The notes: generated by a model from the letters alone, not told the origin. Positions 20,024-29,819 are shown, numbered from the stretch's first letter. The stretch: DNA of 64,000 nt from an uncultured Chthonomonas sp. (GCA_903885605.1 CAISJD010000022.1:6437-70436); one strand, 5' to 3'. A program made the numbers and translations.

Positions 20024-21456
20024 GCGGGCTCCCCTGCCAGATGACGCTGTGCGGCCGCTACGATCCGCGCGATCTCGCGTTCCACATCGTCGGGCAGCGG
20101 AACCGGCACGTGGGCCGCCAGCACCTCTTCCCGGCGCATGCGGCACCGCTGCTCCAGCGTGGTGGCGCCGAACAGCAACCACTGGTCGTAGAAGTAGCGA
20201 TCCAGCAGGTCAGGGAACCAGAGCTCCTTGCGGAAGCGACGAGCGGTGTGAATCTGGTCCAGGAAGCGGCCGCCGGGGCCGACCTCCTCGATCACCTCGA
20301 GGCCGAACGCCGCGTCGCTGAAGTCGATCTCGCGCAGCGTGCTCTCCACGTAGCGGACGATCTCGGCCTGCAGCACCAGCATGTCCAGCGATGCGGCCTG
20401 GTCTACGCCGCTGATGCCGAGGTGCCCGAAGATATCCGCCCCGGCGGCGGCGCCCATGGCCAGCGTCACGCCCGCCTCAAGTCCCGCCTGTGCGTCGGCG
20501 ACCTTCGAGTCGGTGAGGCCCACATTGATGTAGACGGGCAGGCCCCAACCCTTGCCGATCTGCGTCAGCGCCACTCCGAAGAGGGCCTGCTCGGGCCCGC
20601 TGAAGATGAGCTGCGTCGTCCGCATGTCGAACGCGTGGCAGATGCCGCCGTAGACCACGGGGACGCCCGGCGAGATGAGCTGGACCACGCAGATGCCGGC
20701 CAGGATCTCGGCGTTCTCCTGCGCCAGCGTCCCGGCCACGGTGCCCGGCGCCGAGAGGCCCATCTGAGCCATGGGGCCGACGGGCACCGGGAGGCCCAGC
20801 TTGCCGGTCTCGAAGAGCAGGTCCACGCCGTTGTGCGGGAAGCGGAGCGGGCTGATGGGCTCAAGGAAGGGGTAGGCCAGGGGCCTGGCTCGGGCCTCCT
20901 CCTCGGAGCCGCGCACGGCCACCATGATCTCGTTGACATAGCGCGCCGACGCCCGGTCGTGGTACCAGAACGTGATCGGCTTTGCCGTGTTTCGGAGCAG
21001 CTCGGCCACCACGGCCACGCAACGGGCGGCAGGCGGCAACTCCTGCGGGTCGGCCATGGCGCCCACGACGTTGATCGGCGCCAGCGCATCGCCCAGCCGG
21101 GCTGCCGCCGTCACATCCTCCAGGCGGCAATAGCGGCGCGGCGTGCCCAGTTCGTCCACCCAGAGCGCCTCGCCGGCGATGGAGTTGTAGTTGCGGCATC
21201 CCTGGCCGAAGCGAGCCGTGCGGCTCTCGTCGCGACCGGTGAGGGTGAACTCCTTGCCCGCCTGCGCGACGCATCGGTGCACCAGGTCGGCGGGGATGCG
21301 CACGCGCTGGGCCTCGTGGTCCACCGTCGCGCCGGCCTCCTCGAACAGGCGAAGCGCCTCGGCATGGGGCAGGTGGACGCCCACGCGCTGGAGGATTGTC
21401 AGCGAGGCCTCGTTGACCCTGACGATCTGGGCATCGGTGAGGACGGATGTGATCAC
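20020..21456 (-). CDS. MttB-superfamily methyltransferase (non-pyrrolysine type)
   Basis: N-terminus LTDAQIVRVNEASLTILQRVGVHLPHAEALRLFEEAGATVD is typical of the MttB family. There is no in-frame TAG. The preferred start is GTG 21456, 7 nt after GGAGG. Confidence 0.75.
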   Translation of the reverse strand: MITSVLTDAQIVRVNEASLTILQRVGVHLPHAEALRLFEEAGATVDHEAQRVRIPADLVHRCVAQAGKEFTLTGRDESRTARFGQGCRNYNSIAGEALWVDELGTPRRYCRLEDVTAAARLGDALAPINVVGAMADPQELPPAARCVAVVAELLRNTAKPITFWYHDRASARYVNEIMVAVRGSEEEARARPLAYPFLEPISPLRFPHNGVDLLFETGKLGLPVPVGPMAQMGLSAPGTVAGTLAQENAEILAGICVVQLISPGVPVVYGGICHAFDMRTTQLIFSGPEQALFGVALTQIGKGWGLPVYINVGLTDSKVADAQAGLEAGVTLAMGAAAGADIFGHLGISGVDQAASLDMLVLQAEIVRYVESTLREIDFSDAAFGLEVIEEVGPGGRFLDQIHTARRFRKELWFPDLLDRYFYDQWLLFGATTLEQRCRMRREEVLAAHVPVPLPDDVEREIARIVAAAQRHLAGEPA

Positions 21457-21768
21457 GCGGGAGCCTCCGGGCGGCACGCATCGGGAAGCGCCGCGCGTCT
21501 CATGCCTGCGCCGGCCATGCCGCTGTCGAGCACCTCGTCCGGCTCATCGTCGTAGCCCGCGGCGCGCGCCTGCAGCGCAGGCCCATCGACGGTCATCGGT
21601 TGCGCAGTCACCATGCGTCGGTACCCCTCGTGCGGCACACGCCGCACAATGTGCAGACCGGCGGCGTCAGGAGTGCATTGTGCCACAAACAGCGGGACGG
21701 AGGGGCCGGCTCGCGCCATGGATCAGCCATACCCAGCCACGGGGCCATGGGCGCCGCGAGCCTGGGGC

Positions 21769-22176
21769 TCAGCCGCTGAGGCGGTGCAGGACCACACCGA
21801 CCACTTCCGAGTAGCGATCAAAGTCGACATCGGTAGTAAAGACGGCGAGGTTGCGCCGCAGGGCGGCGGCGCAGATCAGGAAGTCCGTACCTGAGCCCTG
21901 TATGCCTTCCGAGCGGCACCGATTCGAGCACCGCGCCGCTTCGACGTAGTCGTCTGTGTCCAGCGGAGTGTCGGGGAAGGCGGCCAAGTGCGCGCGCAGA
22001 CGCTCAAACTGGTGCTGGTCGCGGATGCCCGACAGGATCTCCTGCCTGATGGGCCCGATGACATGCACCCGCCGCTCCCGGATCAACTCCCTCAGAGCCG
22101 CCACCTCCGGCGCCTGCTCATTGTCGCCGCGTCGCAGGGCGAGTGACCAAACGCAGGTGTCGACGATCACACTCAT
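21769..22176 (-). CDS. vapC: PIN-domain toxin VapC
   Basis: MSVIVDTCVWS carries the first PIN acidic residue, and ...LAVFTTDVDF carries a distal Asp. 135 aa. ATGA overlap with the upstream antitoxin gene (22173-22176). Confidence 0.85.
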   Translation of the reverse strand: MSVIVDTCVWSLALRRGDNEQAPEVAALRELIRERRVHVIGPIRQEILSGIRDQHQFERLRAHLAAFPDTPLDTDDYVEAARCSNRCRSEGIQGSGTDFLICAAALRRNLAVFTTDVDFDRYSEVVGVVLHRLSG

Positions 22177-22373
22177 TTGCGACTGCGCTCAGCCTTGTAG
22201 TCGTACTCGGGGTCGAGATCGACCTGGCCGAAGAGATCGGTGATCCGATCCTGTTGTAGCGACACAACGTAGGACCGCAGGGCCTGGTTGACGGTCTCCC
22301 GCTTCGTCCGGTGCTTCCCCAGGCTCATCGCCTGCAGGATGAGGTTGTCGTCCAGCATGAGGTTCGTGGCCAC
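22173..22373 (-). CDS. vapB: VapB-type antitoxin
   Basis: (V)ATNLMLDDNLILQAMSLGKHRTKRETVNQALRSYV matches the MxTNLxIDDxL antitoxin N-terminus. The start is GTG 22373, 6 nt after GGAGG. Confidence 0.7.
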   Translation of the reverse strand: MATNLMLDDNLILQAMSLGKHRTKRETVNQALRSYVVSLQQDRITDLFGQVDLDPEYDYKAERSRK

Positions 22374-22461
22374 GGCTCGCCTCCATACCACACATGCTAC
22401 CGCAAATCAATGTGTGCAAGACCACGTACTGCAGCTCGGAGCGGCTACCGGGCCGTCCGTC

Positions 22462-25122
22462 TCACCTCGCCACCTTCGTCAGCCACGCCTCGCTGCAGAG
22501 CGTGCCCCAGCCGCCGCTGTTGCGCCACTGCTCCACGCTTACGCGGTCGCCGGCGGCCACGTCGTCGGCCTTGCGGAAGCTGATGGTCAGCGCGCCGTCG
22601 GCGGTGGCCTCGGCAGGGATGTCGAAGGTGAAGAAGTCGCTCATCTTCTCGGGCAGCTCGAGGTCGACCGCCAGGGGTAGGCCGTCGGCATAGATGCTCT
22701 GGGACCTCTGGTTCATGCGCTGGGCGTAGCGCGGCTGGAACCAGGGACGCACGAGCGTGACGCGCATCCGGTAGCGCGCGGCCGGGTCAAGCCCCTCGTA
22801 ACGCAACTCCAGGCCCCTGGCCTCGTCCTGGGTGCCGCACATCGTCCGCTGGCTCAGGCGGTTGCCCTCGGAGAGCATCTCGGCCACATAGGGCTGGCCG
22901 TGGTCGTAGGGGGCGCCGTTCACGAGGTGCGGGGTGCTCTCGTAGCTGCCCAGGTTGTCGTAGAAGCCGCCGGGGCCGGCGTCCTCGTAGTCGGCGATCT
23001 GGGCCAGCAGCTCACGCTTGGCCTCGCCCAGGGCGCTGAGGGCGCGCTCCAGCTGCCGCTTCAGCCAGCCCAGGCCCACGAAGTCGTGGTCCAGCGACCG
23101 GAGCCCCTCGGATCGCACGCCGTAGAGGGCATTGCTCTCCTCTCCCAGCCGCAGGGCCTCCAGGCGGAGGGCGACCATGGCGGCGGTCTCACGCCGGGCG
23201 GCCAGACGCGACAGGCAGGCGCGGATGGCCTTGTCCGGATCGCCGCCATGAAGCGCCTGGGCGCAGGTCCGCTCGATGCCGGCCTGCAGCGCCATCTGCT
23301 GGGCCACGGCGAGCTGGGTGCGGCGGTCGATGGCAGCCTTCTGGGCGTACTCGCGCCAGAGCCAGCTCCTCGCACGGAGGAAGCCCGGCATGGCCCGCCC
23401 GGCGGCCTGGACCGCCGACCGGTAGCGCAGCAGCGACGCCTTGCGCGGCAGCGGCGTGGCCGAGTCCCACTGCAGGTACTCCTCCAGCGCGAAGAGGGCC
23501 CGGGCCATATGGGGCGCGGCCTCGGGACCGAACCAGGCGCGCGCGTACTCATCCACCACTTGCTCCACCGTGGCCTGTGGGTTCCAGAGGAGCCTCTGCC
23601 AGATCCACTGGTTCGCGTGGTCGTGCGTGCCGCTGGAGTGGGTGCAGTCACCGATCGAGTAGCGCATCGTCTCCCCGAAGGCCCTGTGGACCCAGCGCGG
23701 CCAGGCGAAGAAGGTGAGGCGGTCGTAGACCTGCGTCAGGTAGGGGTCGGGCATTCGCTCGTAGACGCCGTGGCCCCAGTGCGGCGGCTGGTTGCCCTCC
23801 TTGTCGGGCCGGGGGTAGGCCTGCGCGTAGCCGTTCTGCGAGTAGCGCCAGTGGGTCAGCTCGGTGTAGAGGGCCAGGTCCTGCTGGGGAGGCAGCTCGT
23901 GCAGGATCTCCTGCAGGTAGCGCCCCGGCGGCGCGAAGCCGGGGTAGCGGAAGAGGTCCATCCGGTGGTTCTGGCGGTGGCCCGGCTGCCACGACATGGC
24001 GTCGGAGCCGGGACCGCAGACGAAGGCGCGGAGCCAGTCGCCGGGGTTCTCCCTCAGGTAGCGGAAGATGGCCAGGTCGTCCTCGTTGCTGAACTTCTGG
24101 TTCGTCACCATCACCTGGGCGTCGGGGTGGTAGCGGTGGACGATGGCGGCGAAGTCGCGGCAGAGCCGGATGAAGGCGAGGCCGTAGGGCTTGCAGCGGT
24201 CGCACTCGCATCCGCCGCCGTCGCCTCCGGCGAAGCTGACATAGTCGAAGTGCGGCGCCTTGCGGAAGGTCGCCTCCATGGCCCGGAGCATGGCTTCGCG
24301 CGCCTCGGGGACGGACGGGCAGAGGTAGCCCTCGCGGCCGATGGACTCGGCTGCGCGCCACTCCGGCGGCCCGGAGCCGGCGTTGGCCGAGAGGTGGACG
24401 ATGGTCTTGAGGCCGAGCCCCTTGATGGTCCGATAGGTGGGGTCGTCCTCGGCGCTGGTTATGGGCACCTGCAGCGTGTTGGCGCCGGCCAGCGCGAAGT
24501 CGGCGATCTTGTGCTCTGTCTCGGCTTGCGTCCACGGGCGCACGCCGGCCTTCTGCAGGGCCACGCCGCTCTGGCCGAACTGCGTGCCGCGCAGCTCGAA
24601 CGCGGGCGCCGTGCGGAGGCTCAGGTGCACCGGGAAGCGGACGCCCGTGGCAGTGAAGTGCGCCCGCCGCAGGATCTCGCCGGCGGCGTAGACCGCGCCC
24701 CGCTCGTCCGCCGCGGCGGCCAGCAGGCCCGGTCCGCCGCCCACCTGCGCTGTCCGCAGCAGGAAGCCCTCGGGGCCGGGCGCCAGGCCGGTGAGGGGGG
24801 CGAGACCCATCTCGGCCATGAGGCGCCGCACACCGCTGTGGTTGGCCGGGATGCCCAGGAGGATGGTGAGCTCTCCGGGCGCTGGCGCAGGCGCGTCGGC
24901 CTCGGCGGCCACGCATACCGGCAGGCCCGCAGGCTCCGCCAGCCGCTGGGCCAGCAGCGCGGCGGCGTTGCGCTCGACCACGCAAGCGGCGGAGCCGGTG
25001 AGGATGCGCACCGCGCGGAACTCAACGCCCTGGCCGCCCGACGCATTCAGCGCCGCCAACACCCCCGCCGCCCACAGCGCACCCAGAGCCATGCCGTCGC
25101 CCTCCCCATCGCCCACTGTCAT
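22462..25122 (-). CDS. putative glycoside hydrolase-like protein (DUF4838-like architecture)
   Basis: N-terminal hydrophobic segment MALGALWAAGVLAAL. The central region has YLCPSVPEAREAM and GGDGGGCECDRCKPYG (a CxCxxC motif as I recall for DUF4838-type proteins). ATGA overlap with the upstream stop at 25119-25122. Confidence 0.45.
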   Translation of the reverse strand: MTVGDGEGDGMALGALWAAGVLAALNASGGQGVEFRAVRILTGSAACVVERNAAALLAQRLAEPAGLPVCVAAEADAPAPAPGELTILLGIPANHSGVRRLMAEMGLAPLTGLAPGPEGFLLRTAQVGGGPGLLAAAADERGAVYAAGEILRRAHFTATGVRFPVHLSLRTAPAFELRGTQFGQSGVALQKAGVRPWTQAETEHKIADFALAGANTLQVPITSAEDDPTYRTIKGLGLKTIVHLSANAGSGPPEWRAAESIGREGYLCPSVPEAREAMLRAMEATFRKAPHFDYVSFAGGDGGGCECDRCKPYGLAFIRLCRDFAAIVHRYHPDAQVMVTNQKFSNEDDLAIFRYLRENPGDWLRAFVCGPGSDAMSWQPGHRQNHRMDLFRYPGFAPPGRYLQEILHELPPQQDLALYTELTHWRYSQNGYAQAYPRPDKEGNQPPHWGHGVYERMPDPYLTQVYDRLTFFAWPRWVHRAFGETMRYSIGDCTHSSGTHDHANQWIWQRLLWNPQATVEQVVDEYARAWFGPEAAPHMARALFALEEYLQWDSATPLPRKASLLRYRSAVQAAGRAMPGFLRARSWLWREYAQKAAIDRRTQLAVAQQMALQAGIERTCAQALHGGDPDKAIRACLSRLAARRETAAMVALRLEALRLGEESNALYGVRSEGLRSLDHDFVGLGWLKRQLERALSALGEAKRELLAQIADYEDAGPGGFYDNLGSYESTPHLVNGAPYDHGQPYVAEMLSEGNRLSQRTMCGTQDEARGLELRYEGLDPAARYRMRVTLVRPWFQPRYAQRMNQRSQSIYADGLPLAVDLELPEKMSDFFTFDIPAEATADGALTISFRKADDVAAGDRVSVEQWRNSGGWGTLCSEAWLTKVAR

Positions 25123-26282
25123 CGGGCCTTCATCAGGTCCACCCATTCGCGCTTCCACGTGCCGTCCATGCGGCGCAGGCCGCTCGCCGAGGCGGGCGTG
25201 TCCTGGTAGGCCCAGATCCACCAGCCCGCCATGCCGTGTTCGCGCACCTTGCCCAGGTGCCACTTCAGCGCGTCGGCTCCGGTGCGTCCGCCGGGGCGTA
25301 GGATCGTGCCGGTCAGCTCGTTCTCGTGCCCGCCGGCCTTCAGGTCCGTGCTGATGAGCCGCCGGGCGCTCCCCTTGCCCAGGATGCGAACGATCTCGCG
25401 GAGGTAGTGGAAGCCGTCCGGCGCCGGGTCACAGTAGGGGTAGCTGCTCATGACCCAGAGGTCAGGCGGGAGCTTCAGATCGTCCACCAGCCAGCGCTTC
25501 AGGTTCGTGAAGCCGCCCAGCCGTTCGGCGGGTGTCCGCTTCTCCCAGTAGCCGCCCTCGGCGAGGATTGGCAGGAGGATCGGCGCGGCCTTGGGCCTCC
25601 TGCCGGCGGCGCGGAAGGCGGGCCAGACGCGCTTGACGAACCGTTCGGTCCACTCCAGGATGGCCGGGCGGCCCTCGTCGCTCCACAGCACGGGCTCGGC
25701 GGCGCCCCAGTGGTAGTTGCCCATCATGCACCAGAAGGCAATGGCCTCGGGGTGACGGGCGCGCGCCTCCACGGCGGTGATTACCTGCGCGTACCATTCG
25801 GCGGCCTCGTCCCAAGGCGTTTCGTCGGCGGTGGGCCACCAGGGGCTGCCGGGCTTGCCGATGTGTTCCGACGAGTCGATGCTGCATGGAATCCAGCGGT
25901 TGTCCACGGCGTCCAGTTCCACGGAGAGGCCCGCGTCGTGGCAATCGTCTACAAAGAGCGCCACGTTGTCCAGGAAGCCGAGGTTGGCCCACTCCTCCAG
26001 CCGCTGCCCCACGCGGTTGCCCCGGGCGGGCGTGCGCAGCGAGTTGGGGATCATGACAAAGACATCCACCAGGTTGGCGCCTGTCTCGGTGCGTAGCTCG
26101 CGCAGAGCCTTGCGGACCGCCGTCCGCTGTCCCGCATAGTGGAGTAGCCAGGGGAAGCTGGGGTCCGCCTGGACCTGCGGGTTGAAGTGGACGCCGCGCC
26201 ACCTCGACCCTCCTGGAGCCGCACGGCAGGGCGCCGCCGCGAGGACGCAGAGCAGCGCGGCCAGCGCCGCAACAGGCCTCAT
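25119..26282 (-). CDS. secreted TIM-barrel glycoside-hydrolase-like protein (GH5-like)
   Basis: Signal peptide MRPVAALAALLCVLAAAPCRA. Sequence style resembles cellulase-family barrels (NLVDVFVMIPN, WCMMGNYHWG), but the family assignment is weak. ATGA overlap with the upstream gene at 26279-26282. Confidence 0.4.
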   Translation of the reverse strand: MRPVAALAALLCVLAAAPCRAAPGGSRWRGVHFNPQVQADPSFPWLLHYAGQRTAVRKALRELRTETGANLVDVFVMIPNSLRTPARGNRVGQRLEEWANLGFLDNVALFVDDCHDAGLSVELDAVDNRWIPCSIDSSEHIGKPGSPWWPTADETPWDEAAEWYAQVITAVEARARHPEAIAFWCMMGNYHWGAAEPVLWSDEGRPAILEWTERFVKRVWPAFRAAGRRPKAAPILLPILAEGGYWEKRTPAERLGGFTNLKRWLVDDLKLPPDLWVMSSYPYCDPAPDGFHYLREIVRILGKGSARRLISTDLKAGGHENELTGTILRPGGRTGADALKWHLGKVREHGMAGWWIWAYQDTPASASGLRRMDGTWKREWVDLMKAR

Positions 26283-26992
26283 GTCGGCATGGCCCGCACG
26301 GCGGCCTCGGCGCGGTCACGCGGCCAGCCGAACCAGCGTTCGTAGATGCGCTGCCTCTGTGGCGCGCCGCACTGCGCCAGGCGCCGGGCCACGGTGACGG
26401 CGGCATCGTCCGGCCGTAGGCGGGCGGCCAGGGCCAGCGTGTCGGGTAGCCACTCCTCGACGAGGCCCCAGATGTAGCCGTAGGTGCCGCGGGACCGGCC
26501 GGTGATGCCCACCTTGCAGATCTGGAAGAGCGCCGAGAGCGCCTGCAGCCCCGCCTCGAACGCCGCCTTGTCCGATGCGCCTCCCAGTCCGGCCTCGCGG
26601 CGCAGGTCGCGCACGGCGAGCGTGCGGCAGCGGCACAGCGCCTCGTAGACGGCCAGAGCGGCGGAACTGATGCGCCCCTGCTCGCGCAGCGTGTGCGGGT
26701 CCACGTCGCCCTGGGCGGCGATGAGCGCCGGCAGCATCTCCATGGAGACAAAGGTAGGGCGGCCGCCCAGCAGCTTGCCGTAGTAGAGCCGCCGGGCGAT
26801 GTGGAGGTCGTCCTTCCAGAACCATGTGTCCCAGATCGCGTCGGGCCGGGCCAGCTCCATCCGGTCGGCCAGGTTGGGCAGGTCCGCCGCCGGATCGGGC
26901 CGCCATAGGCAGACGCCGACCTGATCGAGGAAGGCGACGAACTCCTCCTCGGTCCGCACGGGATAGGGCTGCGTCTCGGTCCAGTGAGCCAT
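26279..26992 (-). CDS. hypothetical cytoplasmic protein (possibly winged-helix-like)
   Basis: Clean 237-aa ORF and first gene of a three-gene ATGA-coupled set. I cannot place it in any family. Confidence 0.5.
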   Translation of the reverse strand: MAHWTETQPYPVRTEEEFVAFLDQVGVCLWRPDPAADLPNLADRMELARPDAIWDTWFWKDDLHIARRLYYGKLLGGRPTFVSMEMLPALIAAQGDVDPHTLREQGRISSAALAVYEALCRCRTLAVRDLRREAGLGGASDKAAFEAGLQALSALFQICKVGITGRSRGTYGYIWGLVEEWLPDTLALAARLRPDDAAVTVARRLAQCGAPQRQRIYERWFGWPRDRAEAAVRAMPT

Positions 26993-27171
26993 GCAGCATG
27001 ATGCGCCGCCAGAGCGGGCGTTGTCAACCGGACCCGCTCCTGCCGCTTCGAGCGGCGTCCGTGTGGGTCGGTGGAAGGCCCGCGCCCGGACCCACCTCGA
27101 CCAGCGGCGGGACGGCGGCGCACATCATCGTGCCGGTGTCGCGCATGCCGGCGGCTGGGGTAGGCTGACGT

Positions 27172-29673
27172 ATGTTCGCGACCATCGCCATCACGCTTGC
27201 CATCTTCCTGGGGGGCCTCTGGGCGCTCTTCCATCCCCGCACGCTCTGGTCTGTGCGGGGTGTACTGGGCCGCTGGTCCTTCGTCCTGACGCTCGGGCTC
27301 ATCCTGCCTCTGGCTGTCGTACTGCCCGACCTCCTCGCCATGATGTCCGGCCCGGTGGCTGACGGGCTCCTCTTCCTGGCCACCCTCTTCCTGACCCCGT
27401 TCCTCTTCGGTCTCCTGCTGACGGTCGGCGCCTGCGCTGCCGGCCTGGGCGGGCTGGTTGGAGGCAAGGGCTCTACGGCGACCCGCTCCGCCTCCTCATC
27501 CGCTGGAGCGCTCTGGCCCGTACTGGCCCTGCTCGCGTCCTGCGACCTCCTCGTCTCGACGCATGGCGGAACGATGCCTCGCGAGTGGCTCTATGGCTTC
27601 GCCCCGGTCATCGTCGCGCTGGCCGGGCGCCTGCAGAGGACCGAGGCCGGCTCCCTGCTCCATCCCCTGGGCCGGATCGCCGCAGGGCTTGGGCGACGCC
27701 TCGTGTTCACCCGGAAGCGTGACGGCCGGCCTCGGCGCACCGACTTGCGCGGCGCGGCCCTGGGTGGCCTCGTCGGCGCAATCTGCTGCTGGCTGGGAGC
27801 CCTGGGCATGTTCGCGCCGCTGCAGCGGATCGCCACGGCCGCAGGCGCAGCTGCCGGCCCCATGGTCCAGGTGGCCTCGGAACGCCCGCAGCATAGCGCG
27901 CGCGGACGCATCCTCCTTATGCACGCCGATGCGCAGGTGCTGAAGCACGCCTTCGCCGGCGGCTCGGTCAGCGCGACCCAGGCGGACATGGTGGCCGAGC
28001 TCACGCGGCTGGGCGTGGCCGCGATCGTCCTGCCGCTACCCGATGTGGCGCCACCAGCGGAGGTGGCAGTCACCGGCCTCCTGGGCCGCGCCGACCGGCC
28101 ATCCACCCTGGAGGCCGATGCCGCCGCCAACCGCCGGGATGCCCCGCGGCTGGCTTCCGCCATGCGGCGATCGGGGCGCGTGGTGCTGACGGTGCCGCCG
28201 CCGACGTTGCTAGACCCAGGGACCAACGTGGGGATCACCCTCGGCGACGCCCATGCGTCGCTGGCGGATAAGAAGGACGCAGCTGCGCGGCGGGCGGGGC
28301 TGGCGCTCGCCTCCGCAGCGGCGGCGGTTGGCGTGGAACGTACGCACCTCTGGTCTCCCGCCCGGCTCGACGCGCCGGCGCCCTCCTCCCTCGGCCGCCG
28401 CTATGTGCCCGTTCCGGCGCAGGTCGCCCTGGCCCTTGCGCGGGCCACCGGAGCGAATCCGCGCATCCCGCGTGAGGCCGCCCTCCCTGGCATGGCCTCG
28501 GCGGCCGGGCAGGCCGGCTTCGCGGAGATGGACTACTCCGACGTCGCCGGCCCGCAGGCCGTCCACTTCGCGCCGTCCCCTGCCGCAGGCGACTCCCCTT
28601 CGGTACGCCGGTGGCGCTCGGCAGCTGACTTCGTGCGCGGCAAGGTGGTGATCCTCGATAGCTTCCGGCCGCGGATCGTGAACACGCCGCTAGGCCCCAT
28701 GTCCCTCCAGGAGGCCGTGGCCAACGAGGCCGTCGCACTGGCGTCGGGCGCCGTCTCAAAGCAGCTGCCCTGGTGGGCGGCCTGGCTACTGGTGGTCCTG
28801 CCCGCGGCGTTCGTGGGGCACCTCGGGCTGAGGCGCGGGCCTGCCGAGGCGGGATGGGCGGCAGGCGGACTGGTCGCTTCGCTGATCCTTGCCGGCCTGG
28901 CCGTGACATTGTTCAGCCGCATGGTGGCCGATCCTGTCACCCCTGTCATGGCCACCGTCGTCTCGCTACTTGTGGCAACACGCTTCTCGTTCGGCGAGGA
29001 AAGGAAGCGCCGCGACCGAAACCGCCAGCTACTCGAGCGTTTCGTCTCCGCCGAGCTGGTCGGCCAGTACATCGACGACCCCGAGCAGGCGCTGGGCCTC
29101 CGCGGGCAGCGTGGCTTCGTCGCGGTGCTCTTCGCCGATGCGCGCAACTTCTCCGGCTACGCCGAGCGCCACTCGCCCGAGGCGGTAGTCGCCACGGTGA
29201 ACCGGTACATGTCGGTCATGACCGAACGGCTCCACGGCCACGGCGGCATCCTGGACAAGTTCACGGGTGACGGCCTGATGGCGCTGTTCCGCTCCACCGG
29301 CGACCCAAAGGCGGCCACGGCCGCCTGTATCCGTGCCGCGCTGGCCATGAGCGACGCGGCGGTGCAGCTGTCCCACCGCCTTCAGGAGGAGGGGCAGACG
29401 CCGCTGCAATTCGGCTTCGGCGTCCACTGCGGCGACGCCGTGGTGGGGCTGGTGGGTGACCCCGAGCGGCAGGTGAACTACACGGCGCTGGGCCTGACGG
29501 TGGTGGTGAGCGCCCGCCTGCAGGGCCTGGCCTCCGGCGGCGAGGTCGTGGTAAGCGAGGACGCCAGGATGCTGACGGCCGACCTCTTCACCTTCGCGCC
29601 GCGCGAGCCGGTGGAGGTGAAGGGCCTGACCGGCGCCATGCAGACCTACGTGGCCGCCGCCGGGAGAGGGTGA
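27172..29673 (+). CDS. membrane-bound class III adenylate/guanylate cyclase with a CHASE2-like sensor region
   Basis: N-terminal TM cluster, a long extracytoplasmic region, then three TMs (LPWWAAWLLVVLPAAF, LVASLILAGLAVTLF and VMATVVSLLVATRF). The cyclase core reads VAVLFADARNFSGY...FTGDGLMALF...GVHCGDAVVGLVG. Confidence 0.8.
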   Translation: MFATIAITLAIFLGGLWALFHPRTLWSVRGVLGRWSFVLTLGLILPLAVVLPDLLAMMSGPVADGLLFLATLFLTPFLFGLLLTVGACAAGLGGLVGGKGSTATRSASSSAGALWPVLALLASCDLLVSTHGGTMPREWLYGFAPVIVALAGRLQRTEAGSLLHPLGRIAAGLGRRLVFTRKRDGRPRRTDLRGAALGGLVGAICCWLGALGMFAPLQRIATAAGAAAGPMVQVASERPQHSARGRILLMHADAQVLKHAFAGGSVSATQADMVAELTRLGVAAIVLPLPDVAPPAEVAVTGLLGRADRPSTLEADAAANRRDAPRLASAMRRSGRVVLTVPPPTLLDPGTNVGITLGDAHASLADKKDAAARRAGLALASAAAAVGVERTHLWSPARLDAPAPSSLGRRYVPVPAQVALALARATGANPRIPREAALPGMASAAGQAGFAEMDYSDVAGPQAVHFAPSPAAGDSPSVRRWRSAADFVRGKVVILDSFRPRIVNTPLGPMSLQEAVANEAVALASGAVSKQLPWWAAWLLVVLPAAFVGHLGLRRGPAEAGWAAGGLVASLILAGLAVTLFSRMVADPVTPVMATVVSLLVATRFSFGEERKRRDRNRQLLERFVSAELVGQYIDDPEQALGLRGQRGFVAVLFADARNFSGYAERHSPEAVVATVNRYMSVMTERLHGHGGILDKFTGDGLMALFRSTGDPKAATAACIRAALAMSDAAVQLSHRLQEEGQTPLQFGFGVHCGDAVVGLVGDPERQVNYTALGLTVVVSARLQGLASGGEVVVSEDARMLTADLFTFAPREPVEVKGLTGAMQTYVAAAGRG

Positions 29674-29819
29674 CCGGCTCCCATCCTCGCCTCGCGCCGC
29701 AGCGGGCGTGAAGGCCTTTGCTCCGCATCGCCCGGCTCGGGCAGGTATCCGGCTTGCGTCGGGCGAACCTAACGACAGCAACTTGCGCCGGATTGTCCGG
29801 CCCCCCGGAGGCTCACCCC

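Noticed and set aside
20020-21456. Possible pyrrolysine (in-frame UAG) in the MttB homologue
   Set aside because: The reading frame is continuous with no internal TAG, and no pyl genes are in the window.
21453-21719. 88-aa ORF upstream of the MttB gene as a possible small partner protein
   Set aside because: It overlaps the preferred MttB start region, has no RBS, and bears no resemblance to corrinoid-binding proteins. It is most likely a non-coding leader.
25462-27234. 590-aa ORF on the minus strand spanning three annotated genes
   Set aside because: It is out of frame with three better-supported genes. Its translation is Arg/Pro/Gly/Ala-rich low complexity, typical of shadow frames in high-GC DNA. 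It has no motifs or signal features.
27172-29673. Class III cyclase as part of a cyclic-nucleotide defence system (CBASS/Pycsar-like)
   Set aside because: The architecture is a membrane sensor (CHASE2-like) cyclase typical of housekeeping signalling. There is no adjacent effector with a cNMP-binding or TIR/patatin/TM effector layout.
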